Below are positions 46,449 through 56,599 of a stretch of DNA of 64,000 bases, piece by piece (within the stretch, counting starts at the first letter, position 1; each line of letters opens with the position of its first letter). A model generated the notes under the pieces. It was not told the origin of the DNA, did not search any database, and was given only the letters and a program-made list of their open reading frames with translations. Source of the stretch: Candidatus Adlerbacteria bacterium (GTDB lineage Bacteria > Patescibacteriota > Minisyncoccia > Phycocordibacterales > SBAW01); the NCBI GenBank assembly GCA_963749085.1, contig CAVVLG010000002.1, forward strand, positions 155,093 through 219,092, in the 5' to 3' direction. A program made the position numbers and the translations under genes.

Positions 46449-48233
46449 ATGAATGAAAAAACTGCGGGCCGTGTGGGCGTGTATGGGTTTTTGGCGTTTC
46501 TTTTGGTTTTGTTCATTCCTCTCTCCTTTGCCCTGGCACAAAGCGCTCCGTCGCTCTCCATTACCTCCCTCACGCCGGGAGGCACCGTCAACGCGGGAAC
46601 ACAGGTGTCCTTCGCAGTCGTGGCAACCGGATTCACGAACCCTACTTATTCCATAAGCGACTCCTACAGTGGCACCTCCGTCTCAAGCTCCGACCTTAAC
46701 TCCTCCGGGGTCTTCACCTGGACGCCCGCGCAAGGCGACATCGGCACGCACAACCTCACTATTACCGCCATTGATTCCTCGGGCGACAACGCGAGCATCA
46801 CTCAGCAAATCATCGTCAACAACACGCCGTCGCTGTCGGTCTCCAGTCTCTCTCCGGGCACCTCGGTGAGCGTGGGTCAGGATATTACGTTTGACGCCTC
46901 TGCTTCGTATTTCACCGGCACCCCCGCGTATTCCGTGAGCGATTCCTTCTCGGACTCCTCGATGACGACGGGCGCCATCAATTCCTCCTCCGGCACATTT
47001 TCCTGGACGCCTGAATCGCAGGATGTCGGTACGCACACGATAACGATTTCTGCGACCGATTCCAACGGGGACAGCGTCAACACGACCGAGACCATCACGG
47101 TCAACCAAAGCGCCTCGCTTTTCATCACCTCTCTGTCTCCCGGATCAAGCGTTGCCTATGGCAATCCGGTGGCGTTCACCGTGACGGCAACCGGATTCAA
47201 TAGTCCCACCTTTACTATTGGAGATTCGGACTCCGAGACGAGTGTCAATAACGGCGACATAAACTCCTCCGGGTATTTCAGCTGGACGCCTTCGAGCTCC
47301 GACGTCGGCACCCACACACTCAGCATCTTCGCGACCGACTCCTCAGGCCACAGCGCCAACGTTTCGCAGACGATAACGGTGACGAGCGCCGCTCTTACGA
47401 TTGAGTCCATCTCACCGGGCTACGTCGACACAGTCGGGGAACCTCTGACCTTCACGGTCTCGGCTCCCGGATTCTCAAGCTCCACCACCTACTCAGTGAG
47501 TGATTCCTTCGGGGGGTCGACACCCACACAAACCAGCATCACCAGTGCGGACATAAACGCTGCCGGATACTTTAGCTGGACGCCCCTTGCAACCGACGCG
47601 GGCGTGCACGACATCACGATAACCGGCGCGGACACCTCCGGGCACAGCGGAAACGCGAGCATCAATATCATTGTTGATCCCGCGACTACCACCACCTCGG
47701 TCACCCCGACAACCACAACCATCTCCGCTCTGACTACCACCACTTCAACCACCGAATTCACCGAATACCTCTCGCTGGGTTCGACCGGCTCGCAAGTCAC
47801 GGCGCTCCAGCAGATCCTCTATACCGACGGGTATCTCAGCGTTCAACCGACGGGATACTTCGGCACTCTCACCGCCGCGGCCATCAACGAGTTCCAGGCG
47901 GCACACGGGATTTCGCAAGTCGGCGTTGTGGGACCGCTTACACGGGCGGCGCTCAATGCGCTCGGTTCCTCCTCAACGTCGAGCGCCTCAAACACTTCAA
48001 CTACCACCACTTCAACCACCGAATTCACCGAATACCTCTCGCTGGGTTCGACCGGCTCGCAAGTCACGGCGCTCCAGCAGATCCTCTATACCGACGGGTA
48101 TCTCAGCGTTCAACCGACGGGATACTTCGGCACTCTCACCGCCGCGGCCATCAACGAGTTCCAGGCGGCACACGGGATTTCGCAAGTCGGCGTTGTGGGA
48201 CCGCTTACACGGGCGGCGCTCAATGCGCTATAA
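46449..48233 (+). CDS. secreted cell-wall-associated protein: 5 Ig-like (putative Ig / He_PIG-type) repeats + 2 peptidoglycan-binding domains
   Basis: Signal peptide. Five ~95-aa repeats (LSxTSLxPG...F(T/S)WTP...D(I/V)GTH(N/T)(L/I)TI(T/S)A(I/T)DS(S/N)G). Two identical PG_binding_1-like modules (LQQILYTDGYL...GYFGTLTAAAINEFQAAHGI). Confidence 0.6.
   Translation: MNEKTAGRVGVYGFLAFLLVLFIPLSFALAQSAPSLSITSLTPGGTVNAGTQVSFAVVATGFTNPTYSISDSYSGTSVSSSDLNSSGVFTWTPAQGDIGTHNLTITAIDSSGDNASITQQIIVNNTPSLSVSSLSPGTSVSVGQDITFDASASYFTGTPAYSVSDSFSDSSMTTGAINSSSGTFSWTPESQDVGTHTITISATDSNGDSVNTTETITVNQSASLFITSLSPGSSVAYGNPVAFTVTATGFNSPTFTIGDSDSETSVNNGDINSSGYFSWTPSSSDVGTHTLSIFATDSSGHSANVSQTITVTSAALTIESISPGYVDTVGEPLTFTVSAPGFSSSTTYSVSDSFGGSTPTQTSITSADINAAGYFSWTPLATDAGVHDITITGADTSGHSGNASINIIVDPATTTTSVTPTTTTISALTTTTSTTEFTEYLSLGSTGSQVTALQQILYTDGYLSVQPTGYFGTLTAAAINEFQAAHGISQVGVVGPLTRAALNALGSSSTSSASNTSTTTTSTTEFTEYLSLGSTGSQVTALQQILYTDGYLSVQPTGYFGTLTAAAINEFQAAHGISQVGVVGPLTRAALNAL
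47733..48229 (+). repeat. perfect 230-bp direct tandem duplication (period 267 bp) inside the 46449 gene
   Basis: 47733..47962 is nucleotide-identical to 48000..48229. Encodes the duplicated PG-binding module. Confidence 0.85.
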
Positions 48234-48283
48234 TTATTCAATATTTATCATCTAATCTTTACATTTAATCGGCAACAACCCTT

Positions 48284-48757
48284 ATGAAAACATCTACCAT
48301 TATCTGGATCGTCGTCGCCATAGTTATCATTCTCGGCGCCGTCTTTTGGTTCACTTCCTCAAGTACCGCAACACCAACCGTATCCCCGGTACAAACGAGC
48401 ACAACACCTCCCACCACAACCGCCGTGCTCTCGCTCGCCTCGAGCACCACTCTCGGCAGCTATCTCACGGCGTCAACCAATAATCTCACCCTCTACACCT
48501 ATGCGGACGATCAGCAAAACGTGAGCAATTGCACGGGTACGTGCGCCACCACCTGGCCTCCCTACACAGTGCAAAGCACCGCGGGACTCACTGCGGGAGC
48601 GGGAATAAGCGGCACCGTCGGCACAATCACACGCACGGACGGCACCATTCAGGTGACCTACAACGGAGAGCCCCTCTACTTCTATTCAGGCGACGTCAAT
48701 CCTGGAGATACCAACGGCAACGGCGTGAGCGGCACCTGGTCCGTCGCCACACCCTAA
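48284..48757 (+). CDS. secreted protein of the Yx(FWY)xxD lipoprotein repeat family (COG4315-like)
   Basis: LTLYTYADDQQNVSNCTGTCATTWPPY and TYNGEPLYFYSGDVNPGDTNG motifs typical of this family. Confidence 0.6.
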   Translation: MKTSTIIWIVVAIVIILGAVFWFTSSSTATPTVSPVQTSTTPPTTTAVLSLASSTTLGSYLTASTNNLTLYTYADDQQNVSNCTGTCATTWPPYTVQSTAGLTAGAGISGTVGTITRTDGTIQVTYNGEPLYFYSGDVNPGDTNGNGVSGTWSVATP

Positions 48758-48765
48758 GAGCACAA

Positions 48766-49524
48766 TTATGATTTGTCTGACTGGATGAACTTCAGTGCCT
48801 CGCGCACGGTCGACATGAATTGCGCCGGGAATATAATGGTCGAATTTTTTTCGACGCTTATCTCCGCCATAGTCTGCAAGGTTCTGAGCTGCAGCGCCAC
48901 CGGGTGCTTGCTGATGATGTCGGCCGCGTCCGCGAGCTTCTGAGCCGCCTGCATCTCTCCGAGTGCCGCGACGATTTTTGCGCGGCGCTCCCGCTCGGCC
49001 TCGGCTTCCTTCGCCATGGCCCGCTGCATGTTATCCGGAAGCACGATGTCCTTTATCTCCACCGCGGTGACCTGCGCGCCCCAAGGTTCGGTATGTGTGT
49101 CAATAACGTTCTTGATCTGGGTATTGATATCCGCGGTCTGCGACAGCAGCTGGTCGAGCATGAATTGCCCCACGACGTTGCGCACCGTCGTCTGGCTTAT
49201 TTGATTGACAGCATCGTGCACGTTTTGAATGGCAACGACTGCTTTTAAGGGGTCGACGACGTGGTAGTACGCGACGGCAGCGATATCAATGGAAACGTTA
49301 TCTTTAGTGATAATCTTTTGGGATGGTATGGCCATAGTAATCGTGCGCAGTGTCACCTTGGTCATGAGCTCAATCAATGGAATGAGATAGATGAGGCCGG
49401 GACCGCGTACATCGACGACCCGGCCCAAACGGAAGACGACGCCGCGGTCGTATTCTTTGACGATACGGATGGAGAGTAATGTCACAAAGGCAACGACGGC
49501 GACCAGTATCCAGATAGTAAGCAT
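48766..49524 (-). CDS. SPFH/band-7 (stomatin-like) protein
   Basis: N-terminal TM helix followed by an SPFH domain ([25 protein letters not shown]) and a C-terminal coiled coil. Confidence 0.8.
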   Translation of the reverse strand: MLTIWILVAVVAFVTLLSIRIVKEYDRGVVFRLGRVVDVRGPGLIYLIPLIELMTKVTLRTITMAIPSQKIITKDNVSIDIAAVAYYHVVDPLKAVVAIQNVHDAVNQISQTTVRNVVGQFMLDQLLSQTADINTQIKNVIDTHTEPWGAQVTAVEIKDIVLPDNMQRAMAKEAEAERERRAKIVAALGEMQAAQKLADAADIISKHPVALQLRTLQTMAEISVEKNSTIIFPAQFMSTVREALKFIQSDKS

Positions 49525-49584
49525 GGGAGCGATTATATAGCAGATAGCCGGACAAGTATATGCGGAGTCTGATACACTACGAAA

Positions 49585-50418
49585 ATGCTTTCATATCCGC
49601 AGGCGATTATCCTTGGGCTCCTCCAAGGCATAACTGAGCTCTTCCCCATCTCCTCCCTCGGCCACAGCGTCCTAATCCCCGCACTTCTCCATTGGCAGGT
49701 AAACCAATCGAGCAACCAGTTCGTAGCGTTCGTGGTTCTCACGCATTTAGCAACGGTACTCGTGCTAGTTCTCTTTTTCTGGAGGGATTGGGTGCGTATT
49801 ATATTTGGCCTCATCCACTCCCTCGTGGTACGTCAGCTTTCAAACCCCTATGCGCGGCTGGGATGGCTTCTGGTAGTGAGCACCGTACCGGCCGGACTTC
49901 TCGGACTTCTCTTCCAGCAAAAAGTGCAGGATCTTTTCAGTGACGCCTCATTAGTGGCCTGTGTGCTTGTGGTGAACGGCGTCGTGCTGTATGCGGCGGA
50001 CCACCTGCGCAAGCGCGCCGAGGAGGGTTCAATGAATACGCTTGCGGGGCTTACCTTCTGGCAGGCTGTCTATATCGGGCTTTTGGAGTGTTTTGCCCTC
50101 ATTCCCGGATTCTCTCGTACCGGCTTTACCATGACCGGCGGCCTATTGGGCGGCCTCTCCAGAGAAGACGCAGCTCGCTATTCCTTTCTTCTGGCGACCC
50201 CGGTTATCTTTGCCGCATCAGTGCTGAAAGTTCCGGATCTTTTTAAAAACGGGCATGCGGGTCTCTTTCCTGCCCTTGTGGGTGCTGTGTGCGCTGCAGT
50301 GGCTTCGTTTGTATCCGTGCGCTTCTTGGTGAAGTACTTCCGCACAAAAACGCTGAAGCCGTTTGCCCTCTACTGCATCCTCGCGGGTCTACTCTCCCTT
50401 ATACTTCTCATGCTCTAA
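49585..50418 (+). CDS. uppP: undecaprenyl-diphosphatase
   Basis: [17 protein letters not shown] and [12 protein letters not shown] BacA/UppP motifs. 8 TM helices. Confidence 0.85.
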   Translation: MLSYPQAIILGLLQGITELFPISSLGHSVLIPALLHWQVNQSSNQFVAFVVLTHLATVLVLVLFFWRDWVRIIFGLIHSLVVRQLSNPYARLGWLLVVSTVPAGLLGLLFQQKVQDLFSDASLVACVLVVNGVVLYAADHLRKRAEEGSMNTLAGLTFWQAVYIGLLECFALIPGFSRTGFTMTGGLLGGLSREDAARYSFLLATPVIFAASVLKVPDLFKNGHAGLFPALVGAVCAAVASFVSVRFLVKYFRTKTLKPFALYCILAGLLSLILLML

Positions 50419-50467
50419 GGAAAAACCGCCTTTTGGGGTGGTTTCTCTTTAAAAACGTAGATTTGAA

Positions 50468-50725
50468 TTAGGTAAGGTGGTCTGAGACCAACTTGGTCAT
50501 TTCAAACATGGAGACTTCCTTTTTGCCACCAAAGACGACTTTGAGTTTCTCGTCAGCCAAGATATTCCTCTTATTCTGCGGGTTCTGGAGGTTGTGCTTC
50601 TTAATATAGACCCAGATCTGCTTGACGACCTCGGAACGAGGCATAGGACCCTTGCCGACAACCGCTTCAAGATCGGAAGACAGATGCATCGGTTTTAATA
50701 GAGCTGGGTTGGCTTTTCTGACCAT
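50468..50725 (-). CDS. SWIB/MDM2 domain protein
   Basis: 85 aa with LSSDLEAVVG...RSEVVKQIWVYIKKHNLQNPQNKRNILADEKLKVVFG, the SWIB domain signature. Confidence 0.75.
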   Translation of the reverse strand: MVRKANPALLKPMHLSSDLEAVVGKGPMPRSEVVKQIWVYIKKHNLQNPQNKRNILADEKLKVVFGGKKEVSMFEMTKLVSDHLT

Positions 50726-50820
50726 AAAATATAGTTCTTGTTAATGGCTAACTCGACCGGCCTATTGTAGCAGCCTATAGAAGAGCCTGCCACCCCCTTA
50801 GGGGATAACCCCTTTTAGGG

Positions 50821-51579
50821 CTATTTTGGCCGTACGTCCTTATACACATGACTAAAGGGCTTCCCGAAAAAGGTTATCCAGAAATAATTGATCGTATAGC
50901 GCATGCTGGTGACGACTATACCCTCCCCCTTAAGGCGCCTCCCGGAGGCGTAGACCGGGAGTCTAAAGGTCCATTTGACCTTCCCCACTTTGTTGAGACG
51001 CTTTGCCACGTCCGTGTCCTCACCGTAGAAGGTTATGGTGGTGTCATAGCCGCCTGCTTTGTCCATGGCGGCGCGTCGTATGACAAAATTGCCACCCTGG
51101 AGCATGGAGCCTATGTGCAGTACGAATCGGTTGAAAAGATACAGGAGGAAGGCAAAGAAATAAAAGATTTTGACCAGGGTGCGGAACAAAGCTGAGAGAT
51201 CGTAGTAAATGAAGGGCCCAGAAAGCGCCACCAGTTGGCTGTCTTTTTGAAACTCATTCATGACCGTGTGAAGCCAGCCCGAAGGCAAAATGACGTCAGC
51301 GTCTATATTGGCAACCAGATCGCCCGTCGCCGCTTTATGTCCTGCTTGGCGCGCCATGACAAGGCCTTTCTTCGGTTCATCGACAATTTTCACTCCAGGG
51401 AAACTAAGTGCTGTCTCTTTAGTCTTATCGGTTGAGGCGTTGTTGACAACGATGGTCTCGGCCTCATACCTGCCTCCCTTGAGCTCCGTTTGGATAGATT
51501 CCAGGCACGCCCCTATTCGATCCTCCTCGTTATAGGCAGGGACGACGAAACTGATTTTCATGTTATGTAAGCCTACCAC
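50821..51579 (-). CDS. glycosyltransferase family 2
   Basis: ISFVVPAYNEEDRI and a DAD (DxD) motif. C-terminal membrane-associated segment. Confidence 0.8.
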   Translation of the reverse strand: MVGLHNMKISFVVPAYNEEDRIGACLESIQTELKGGRYEAETIVVNNASTDKTKETALSFPGVKIVDEPKKGLVMARQAGHKAATGDLVANIDADVILPSGWLHTVMNEFQKDSQLVALSGPFIYYDLSALFRTLVKIFYFFAFLLYLFNRFVLHIGSMLQGGNFVIRRAAMDKAGGYDTTITFYGEDTDVAKRLNKVGKVKWTFRLPVYASGRRLKGEGIVVTSMRYTINYFWITFFGKPFSHVYKDVRPK

Positions 51580-51633
51580 CCCTTATAAAAAACAAAAACC
51601 GGACGGGGATTCTATCCCCGTCCGGCCAAAAAC

Positions 51634-52248
51634 TCAGCGAAGTGACAACCAGGAGAGGGCCGTGAGGCCAAAGCCTGCACCTGCCCACACCACAAGCGTT
51701 ATGACGTCTGCCGGCGGTTGTGGCGAAAACCATGCTGGCGACCACAACTTCACCACCAAGTGAGTGCCGAGGACCACATGAATCCAGAGCAAAACGCTTG
51801 AGCCTACGACGATCCATACCGGTAGATCGGTCGTGCAGAGGAAAAAGAGGCCGATGATGGTTAGCGCTGCCAGCATAAACCAGAAATGCACGTATGCCGG
51901 CGCAGTGAGTCTTCCGTGATGCATGTGCGAATTGGGGATGTGGTCTTGCAAGTACTGATAGTGCATCACTGCACTCAGTACAAGCGCGGCCAACCCCACA
52001 TACAGGATTTCTCGTCCGCTCCATTGATAGCCGTAGTTCGCCACGACGATTCCGCACCACAGAGCGATGACTATATCGCCCCACATGATGCCGAAGTGCC
52101 ACACCATCGGTAATCCCTTACCATGATGGAGCATCATGTCTTGGGGAGTGAAGAAATGGTCCTCATAGGCAAGCGCTGCCTGAAGGAAGATCAGACTTAT
52201 TCCGACGAGAGAGATCAGAATGCCTGAGATAATGCTTTCGAGCGCCAT
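51634..52248 (-). CDS. hypothetical polytopic membrane protein
   Basis: 6-7 predicted TM helices, His-rich loops. Alternative start at 52275. Confidence 0.4.
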   Translation of the reverse strand: MALESIISGILISLVGISLIFLQAALAYEDHFFTPQDMMLHHGKGLPMVWHFGIMWGDIVIALWCGIVVANYGYQWSGREILYVGLAALVLSAVMHYQYLQDHIPNSHMHHGRLTAPAYVHFWFMLAALTIIGLFFLCTTDLPVWIVVGSSVLLWIHVVLGTHLVVKLWSPAWFSPQPPADVITLVVWAGAGFGLTALSWLSLR

Positions 52249-52388
52249 ACGCGCCTCCTCTGTTTGTTGACCCAAGCTCGATGAAGTTACAAGGACCTAA
52301 TTCATTTTGGAGAGTATCATATTTAATTAAAAACGTCAAGATTAAAAACCCTTTGTACGCAAGGGGAAAAAGGCACATACTTACTTTA

Positions 52389-53582
52389 ATGCGTATCGCC
52401 TATTTTGCCGACAATTTTTATCCGGAGATAAGCGGTATTTCGGATTCGATCATCACGACTGGCGAGGAACTACGCAAGCGCGGGCACGAGGTGGTGTACG
52501 TGGCTCCGCGATACGGCAGAAAGGAATATGAGCCCGCGCAGCGCTTCGACGCCAATAAAAAACCGCTTCATGACCCGCGCGGAGATTTGCCGGTACGGCG
52601 CGTCCCGTCTCTCCCCTTCCCGAACTCGCCGACGAGCCAGTCGCGCATCGCCGTGCCTTTGGGATTTATGCTCCCTTTCATGCGGCGCTTTAAGCCCGAT
52701 ATTATTCACAGCCAAGCGCCCCACGGTGTGGGACTTGAGGCGCTCTACACCTCGAGAGCCTTGGGAGTTCCGCTCATCGGCACGGAGCACACCCCTATTG
52801 AGGAGTTTTTCCATTACAGTCCCGCCGTTTCAAAAACGTTTGGAGCGGCCTGGCTACGCTGGGAAGTCTGGTACTACAACCGCTGCGACTTTGTCACCAC
52901 CCCCTATCAAGGCCTTATTGAGGAGATGCGCGGGCGAGGTCTTCGCTCAAGGGCCCGCGTCCAGGCAAATCCTGTTCCGTTTGAATCCATGCTCTCAAGC
53001 GCTCCGCAAAAAGAGGCGGCCAAAAAGGGCAATGGGTTTACGGGCTCAGTCCTTCTGTGCTCTGGACGTTTAGCTCCGGAGAAAAAAGTCGATGATATCA
53101 TTAAGGCGCTTCCTTCCGTGCTCAAGCAATTCCCCAATGCAACCCTGGTCGTTACCGGACACGGGTCAGCTGAAGCGGCGCTCAAGGCGCTTACCAAAAA
53201 ACTTGGTATAGAAAATAATGTCCGTTTTGTAGGGTTTGTCTCAAACACGCAGTTGGAAACGCTCTACCGAGCAGCAGATATCTATCTCATCATGTCGACC
53301 GCCGAGACTCAATCGCTCTCGCTCATGGAAGCGTTTGCCAGCGGCATTCCCGCCATATCTGCCCGCGCACGCGGTCTTATCGACTACACACCTCCTGAGT
53401 GCGGTTTTTTAATTGAACCCGGCGATGACAAGGGATTGTCTGAAAAAATACTCCTTCTTTTAAGCGACAACGCACTCAGGGAGCGTATGGGTAGCGCGGG
53501 AACGCAGTTTGTCAAAAAATTTACGCCACAGACAATAGCCGAGGACTGGGAGCGGATATACCAAGAAAACCTTATAAATTAA
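52389..53582 (+). CDS. glycosyltransferase family 4 (GT-B, group 1)
   Basis: N-terminal ISGISDSI...GHEV and the C-terminal E-x7-E region (LMEAFASGIPAI). Start set at MRIAYFADNFYPE. Confidence 0.8.
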   Translation: MRIAYFADNFYPEISGISDSIITTGEELRKRGHEVVYVAPRYGRKEYEPAQRFDANKKPLHDPRGDLPVRRVPSLPFPNSPTSQSRIAVPLGFMLPFMRRFKPDIIHSQAPHGVGLEALYTSRALGVPLIGTEHTPIEEFFHYSPAVSKTFGAAWLRWEVWYYNRCDFVTTPYQGLIEEMRGRGLRSRARVQANPVPFESMLSSAPQKEAAKKGNGFTGSVLLCSGRLAPEKKVDDIIKALPSVLKQFPNATLVVTGHGSAEAALKALTKKLGIENNVRFVGFVSNTQLETLYRAADIYLIMSTAETQSLSLMEAFASGIPAISARARGLIDYTPPECGFLIEPGDDKGLSEKILLLLSDNALRERMGSAGTQFVKKFTPQTIAEDWERIYQENLIN

Positions 53583-54190
53583 AGGCTTTTCTCCTCCGCC
53601 TCTTCTTGTTTGAGCAGGCGGCGGCGCATGAAATGCGTGAAGATGTAGTATCCAGTGACGAAGATGCTCACCGCCAGAAGCACCAGCGCCAGGTTATTGA
53701 GGATATTGGAGACCGTTCCGAATGCGCTGCCGAAATAGTAGCCCAAAAACAGGAGCGTGCCGTATTGGAGTATAGTCACGATGATGGCACAGGTAAAAAA
53801 CTTTTTTGGCGACATCTTCACAAGTCCCGCCACCACCAAAAATGTCCCTGCAAGCCCGTAGGAGAGCTTGCTGAAGAACATGGTCCTGCCCGGATATTTC
53901 TCCCACAGCTTATGAACGCCCATGAGGTGCTCGTGCGTGACCCCTATTTTTTTGAGAAACCACTTCGCCACGCGCGTCTGTCCCCCGAAGCGCCCGAGCA
54001 CGTACATGAATGCGTCGACAATGATGTCGCGGAGGAAAAATATGACTGCCAAGAGGATCAGGTTGAAATACCCGAGCGACGCTAAGGTACCGGCGACGAA
54101 GGCCACAATGGGCCCCTCAAGAAAGCACAGCGGAATGAGTATCCAGTAGCGGTAGGTGAGGATAAGGTGGGTGAGGGTCTGTGCGGACAT
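53579..54190 (-). CDS. DedA/SNARE-associated (TVP38/TMEM64) family membrane protein
   Basis: CFLEGPIVAFVAGTLASLGY and GRFGG motifs of DedA proteins. Confidence 0.75.
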   Translation of the reverse strand: MSAQTLTHLILTYRYWILIPLCFLEGPIVAFVAGTLASLGYFNLILLAVIFFLRDIIVDAFMYVLGRFGGQTRVAKWFLKKIGVTHEHLMGVHKLWEKYPGRTMFFSKLSYGLAGTFLVVAGLVKMSPKKFFTCAIIVTILQYGTLLFLGYYFGSAFGTVSNILNNLALVLLAVSIFVTGYYIFTHFMRRRLLKQEEAEEKSL

Positions 54191-54237
54191 TCTGCCAGTA
54201 TATACGATCGAGTAGTATACTGAGGGAAAAGAAATCT

Positions 54238-54909
54238 ATGTATGCGAATTACTACAGTGAGGTTATCAAGCGCTACCGCGTGCACTGCTCCAAACGTTCG
54301 TTCTGGAAAGCGTCCTTTATTGCTTTCCTGTTATTTTTTGCGGCACTTAGTATCAACAGCTATGCGGAAAATTACACGACTTCGGTGGCAAGCAACTCCG
54401 TCACCGATATCGTGCTCTCCAATACCCCGGTATTCGACGTCGACGCGCTCTTCGTCTACGGCATCACGATATTTATTGTTTTTGTCGTCTTAGTGTTGCT
54501 CGCGCACCCGCAGGAAATTCCCTTCACACTCTGCAGCTTCGCGCTGTTCTACCTCACCCGCTCGGTGTTCGTCTCTTTGACTCACATTGCGCCCTTCCCC
54601 ACCGAGACGCCGATAAACTTCACCAGCAGCATAGGGATATTCCTTAGCCATATTTTCTTCGGCGGGGACAGCCTTTTCTTCTCCGCCCACACTGGAGCGC
54701 CTTTTTTGCTGGCGCTCATATTTTGGCGCCAAATCTGGCTTCGATATATCTTCCTCGCCTCCTCGGTCTTCTTTGGCGCGGTGGTACTCCTAGGACATAT
54801 CCACTATTCGATAGACGTCCTCTCCGCCTTCTACATTTCCTTCGGCATCTATCACATGAGCGTATGGCTTTTTAGGAAAGACTACCTGCAATTCCTCGCC
54901 GGGCCTTAA
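54238..54909 (+). CDS. hypothetical membrane protein, possibly PAP2-like
   Basis: 6 TM helices with SAHTGAP and GHIHYSIDV resembling PAP2 motifs 2 and 3. Weak call. Confidence 0.3.
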   Translation: MYANYYSEVIKRYRVHCSKRSFWKASFIAFLLFFAALSINSYAENYTTSVASNSVTDIVLSNTPVFDVDALFVYGITIFIVFVVLVLLAHPQEIPFTLCSFALFYLTRSVFVSLTHIAPFPTETPINFTSSIGIFLSHIFFGGDSLFFSAHTGAPFLLALIFWRQIWLRYIFLASSVFFGAVVLLGHIHYSIDVLSAFYISFGIYHMSVWLFRKDYLQFLAGP

Positions 54910-55098
54910 AAAAGAAACGCCTGGGGTCTCTCTCAGGTTCTAAAGGGCATACCAGATAACCAGCGCGTCGGTATGAAGTACCGGTCTTAAGCCGAGGGGG
55001 CCCCGAAGCACTGCAAGGAGCCCCCTCGGCGCGCCCGCGGACGAAACTTCTCCACTTTTTTTGCACCACCGGAGAGGATTCTAGCGTATAATGAGCGA

Positions 55099-55452
55099 AT
55101 GGATGGCCTTCCCAACTACGAGAGGGAGATTCGCCCGTGGGGAAACTTCGAGCGATTCACCCTTAATGAGAAAACAACGGTCAAGATAGTGACCGTCAAT
55201 CCCGGCGAGGCCATTAGTTTGCAAACGCACGAGCATCGGGACGAATTTTGGCGGGTTATCCGTGGGCTGGGCACTATCCGCATAGGAGATACCACGCACG
55301 AGGCCACCGCAGGCGCCTCGTATTTTAGTCCGCGACACTCTGAACACCGGGTCGAGGGGGGTTCGGAGGGTCTGCAGTTTCTTGAAATCGCGTTCGGCGA
55401 TTTTAATGAGCAAGATATTACAAGACTAGAAGACAAGTATGGGCGCGCGTAA
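55099..55452 (+). CDS. cupin protein of the type II phosphomannose isomerase (ManC C-terminal domain) type
   Basis: REIRPWGNFERF...VKIVTVNPGEAISLQTHEHRDEFWRVIRG...EHRVEGGSEGLQFLEIAFGDFNEQDITRLEDKYGR matches the MannoseP_isomer cupin. Confidence 0.7.
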   Translation: MDGLPNYEREIRPWGNFERFTLNEKTTVKIVTVNPGEAISLQTHEHRDEFWRVIRGLGTIRIGDTTHEATAGASYFSPRHSEHRVEGGSEGLQFLEIAFGDFNEQDITRLEDKYGRA

Positions 55453-55465
55453 TCATTAAGCAAGC

Positions 55466-56599
55466 ATGAGCATGTTGGCGGCGGCAGTTGCGTTCACGGA
55501 GATAACCGTTGTCGGTCTTGTTGGCCTTTTGCTTGTGTGTATTGCGCTCCTCTTCGCCCTTCTCGCGCTTTTCGGCTGGTGGAAAAAGAAGCCCCTGCTC
55601 CTCAAACGCGTACCCGAAAATCCCATTCTCTCGCCCGTACCGGAACATTGGTGGGAATCGCAGGCGGTGTTTAATCCCGCGGCCTTTGCCGAGGGCGATC
55701 GCGTTCACCTTTTATATCGAGCACTCGGCCAAGACGGCATCTCACGCATCGGCTATGCCTCAAGCCTCGATGGTTTGCATTTTGACGAGCGACTTCCCTA
55801 TCCGGTCTACACGCCCTCGCGCGATTTCGGTATTCCGCAGAAAAACCGCGTCTATGGGCCCCTTTCCTACGACACCTATACCTATGCTTCGGGCGGCGGT
55901 TGGGGAGGAGCGGAGGATCCGCGCGTTGTCAAAATAGATGGGGAGCTCTATATGACTTTTGTTGCCTTCGACGGCTGGGGATTTGTGCGCATGGCTCTCA
56001 CCGGATTGGGTCTTGAACATTTCCGCAATAAAAATTGGAAGTGGAGAGTGCCGGTGCTCCTCTCCCCCCCGGGCGAGGTCAATAAGAACTGGATTCTCTT
56101 TCCCGAAAAAATACACGGTAAGTTTGCCATCCTGCACAGTGTTTCGCCTGAGATTCGCATCGAATACGTCGATGATCTCAATGAATTTAACGGCAAAAAA
56201 TTTATTCAAGGCTCGACCCGTTCGGGGGGACGCCCTCATCATTGGGACAAACTGGTGCGCGGGGCCGGTGCCCCTCCCATAAAAACCCCTTACGGATGGC
56301 TTCTTTTGTATCACGGCTTTGATCCGGCACACTCGGAGGTAGCGTATAAAGTGGGTGCCATGCTTCTTGACTTGGAAGATCCGACTAAAATTTTATACCG
56401 CTCCAGCAACCCCATACTGGAGGCCAAGGAGTGGTACGAGAATGACTGGAAGCCGGGCGTTACCTATGCCTCGGGCGCAGTGGTGTTTCATGATGACTTG
56501 CTCGTGTTCTACGGCGGGGGCGATAAGCGCGTCAACGCGGCAAAAATGAATCTCAAGCTGTTTTTAACAGAGCTCAGAGAAGAGAGGAATAGGGTATGA
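55466..56599 (+). CDS. GH130-family (DUF377) beta-mannoside phosphorylase-like protein with N-terminal TM anchor
   Basis: TM helix, then WESQAVFNPAA...HLLYRALGQDG-SRIGYASSLDGLHF...GAEDPRV...YMTFVAFDG...LFPEK...GAPPIKTPYGWLLLYHG, the 5-bladed propeller motifs of GH130. Confidence 0.65.
   Translation: MSMLAAAVAFTEITVVGLVGLLLVCIALLFALLALFGWWKKKPLLLKRVPENPILSPVPEHWWESQAVFNPAAFAEGDRVHLLYRALGQDGISRIGYASSLDGLHFDERLPYPVYTPSRDFGIPQKNRVYGPLSYDTYTYASGGGWGGAEDPRVVKIDGELYMTFVAFDGWGFVRMALTGLGLEHFRNKNWKWRVPVLLSPPGEVNKNWILFPEKIHGKFAILHSVSPEIRIEYVDDLNEFNGKKFIQGSTRSGGRPHHWDKLVRGAGAPPIKTPYGWLLLYHGFDPAHSEVAYKVGAMLLDLEDPTKILYRSSNPILEAKEWYENDWKPGVTYASGAVVFHDDLLVFYGGGDKRVNAAKMNLKLFLTELREERNRV

Noticed and set aside
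47733-48229. Identical tandem copies as the template/variable repeat pair of a diversity-generating retroelement
   Set aside because: The copies are 100% identical, whereas a DGR variable repeat should differ at adenine-templated positions. There is also no reverse transcriptase nearby.
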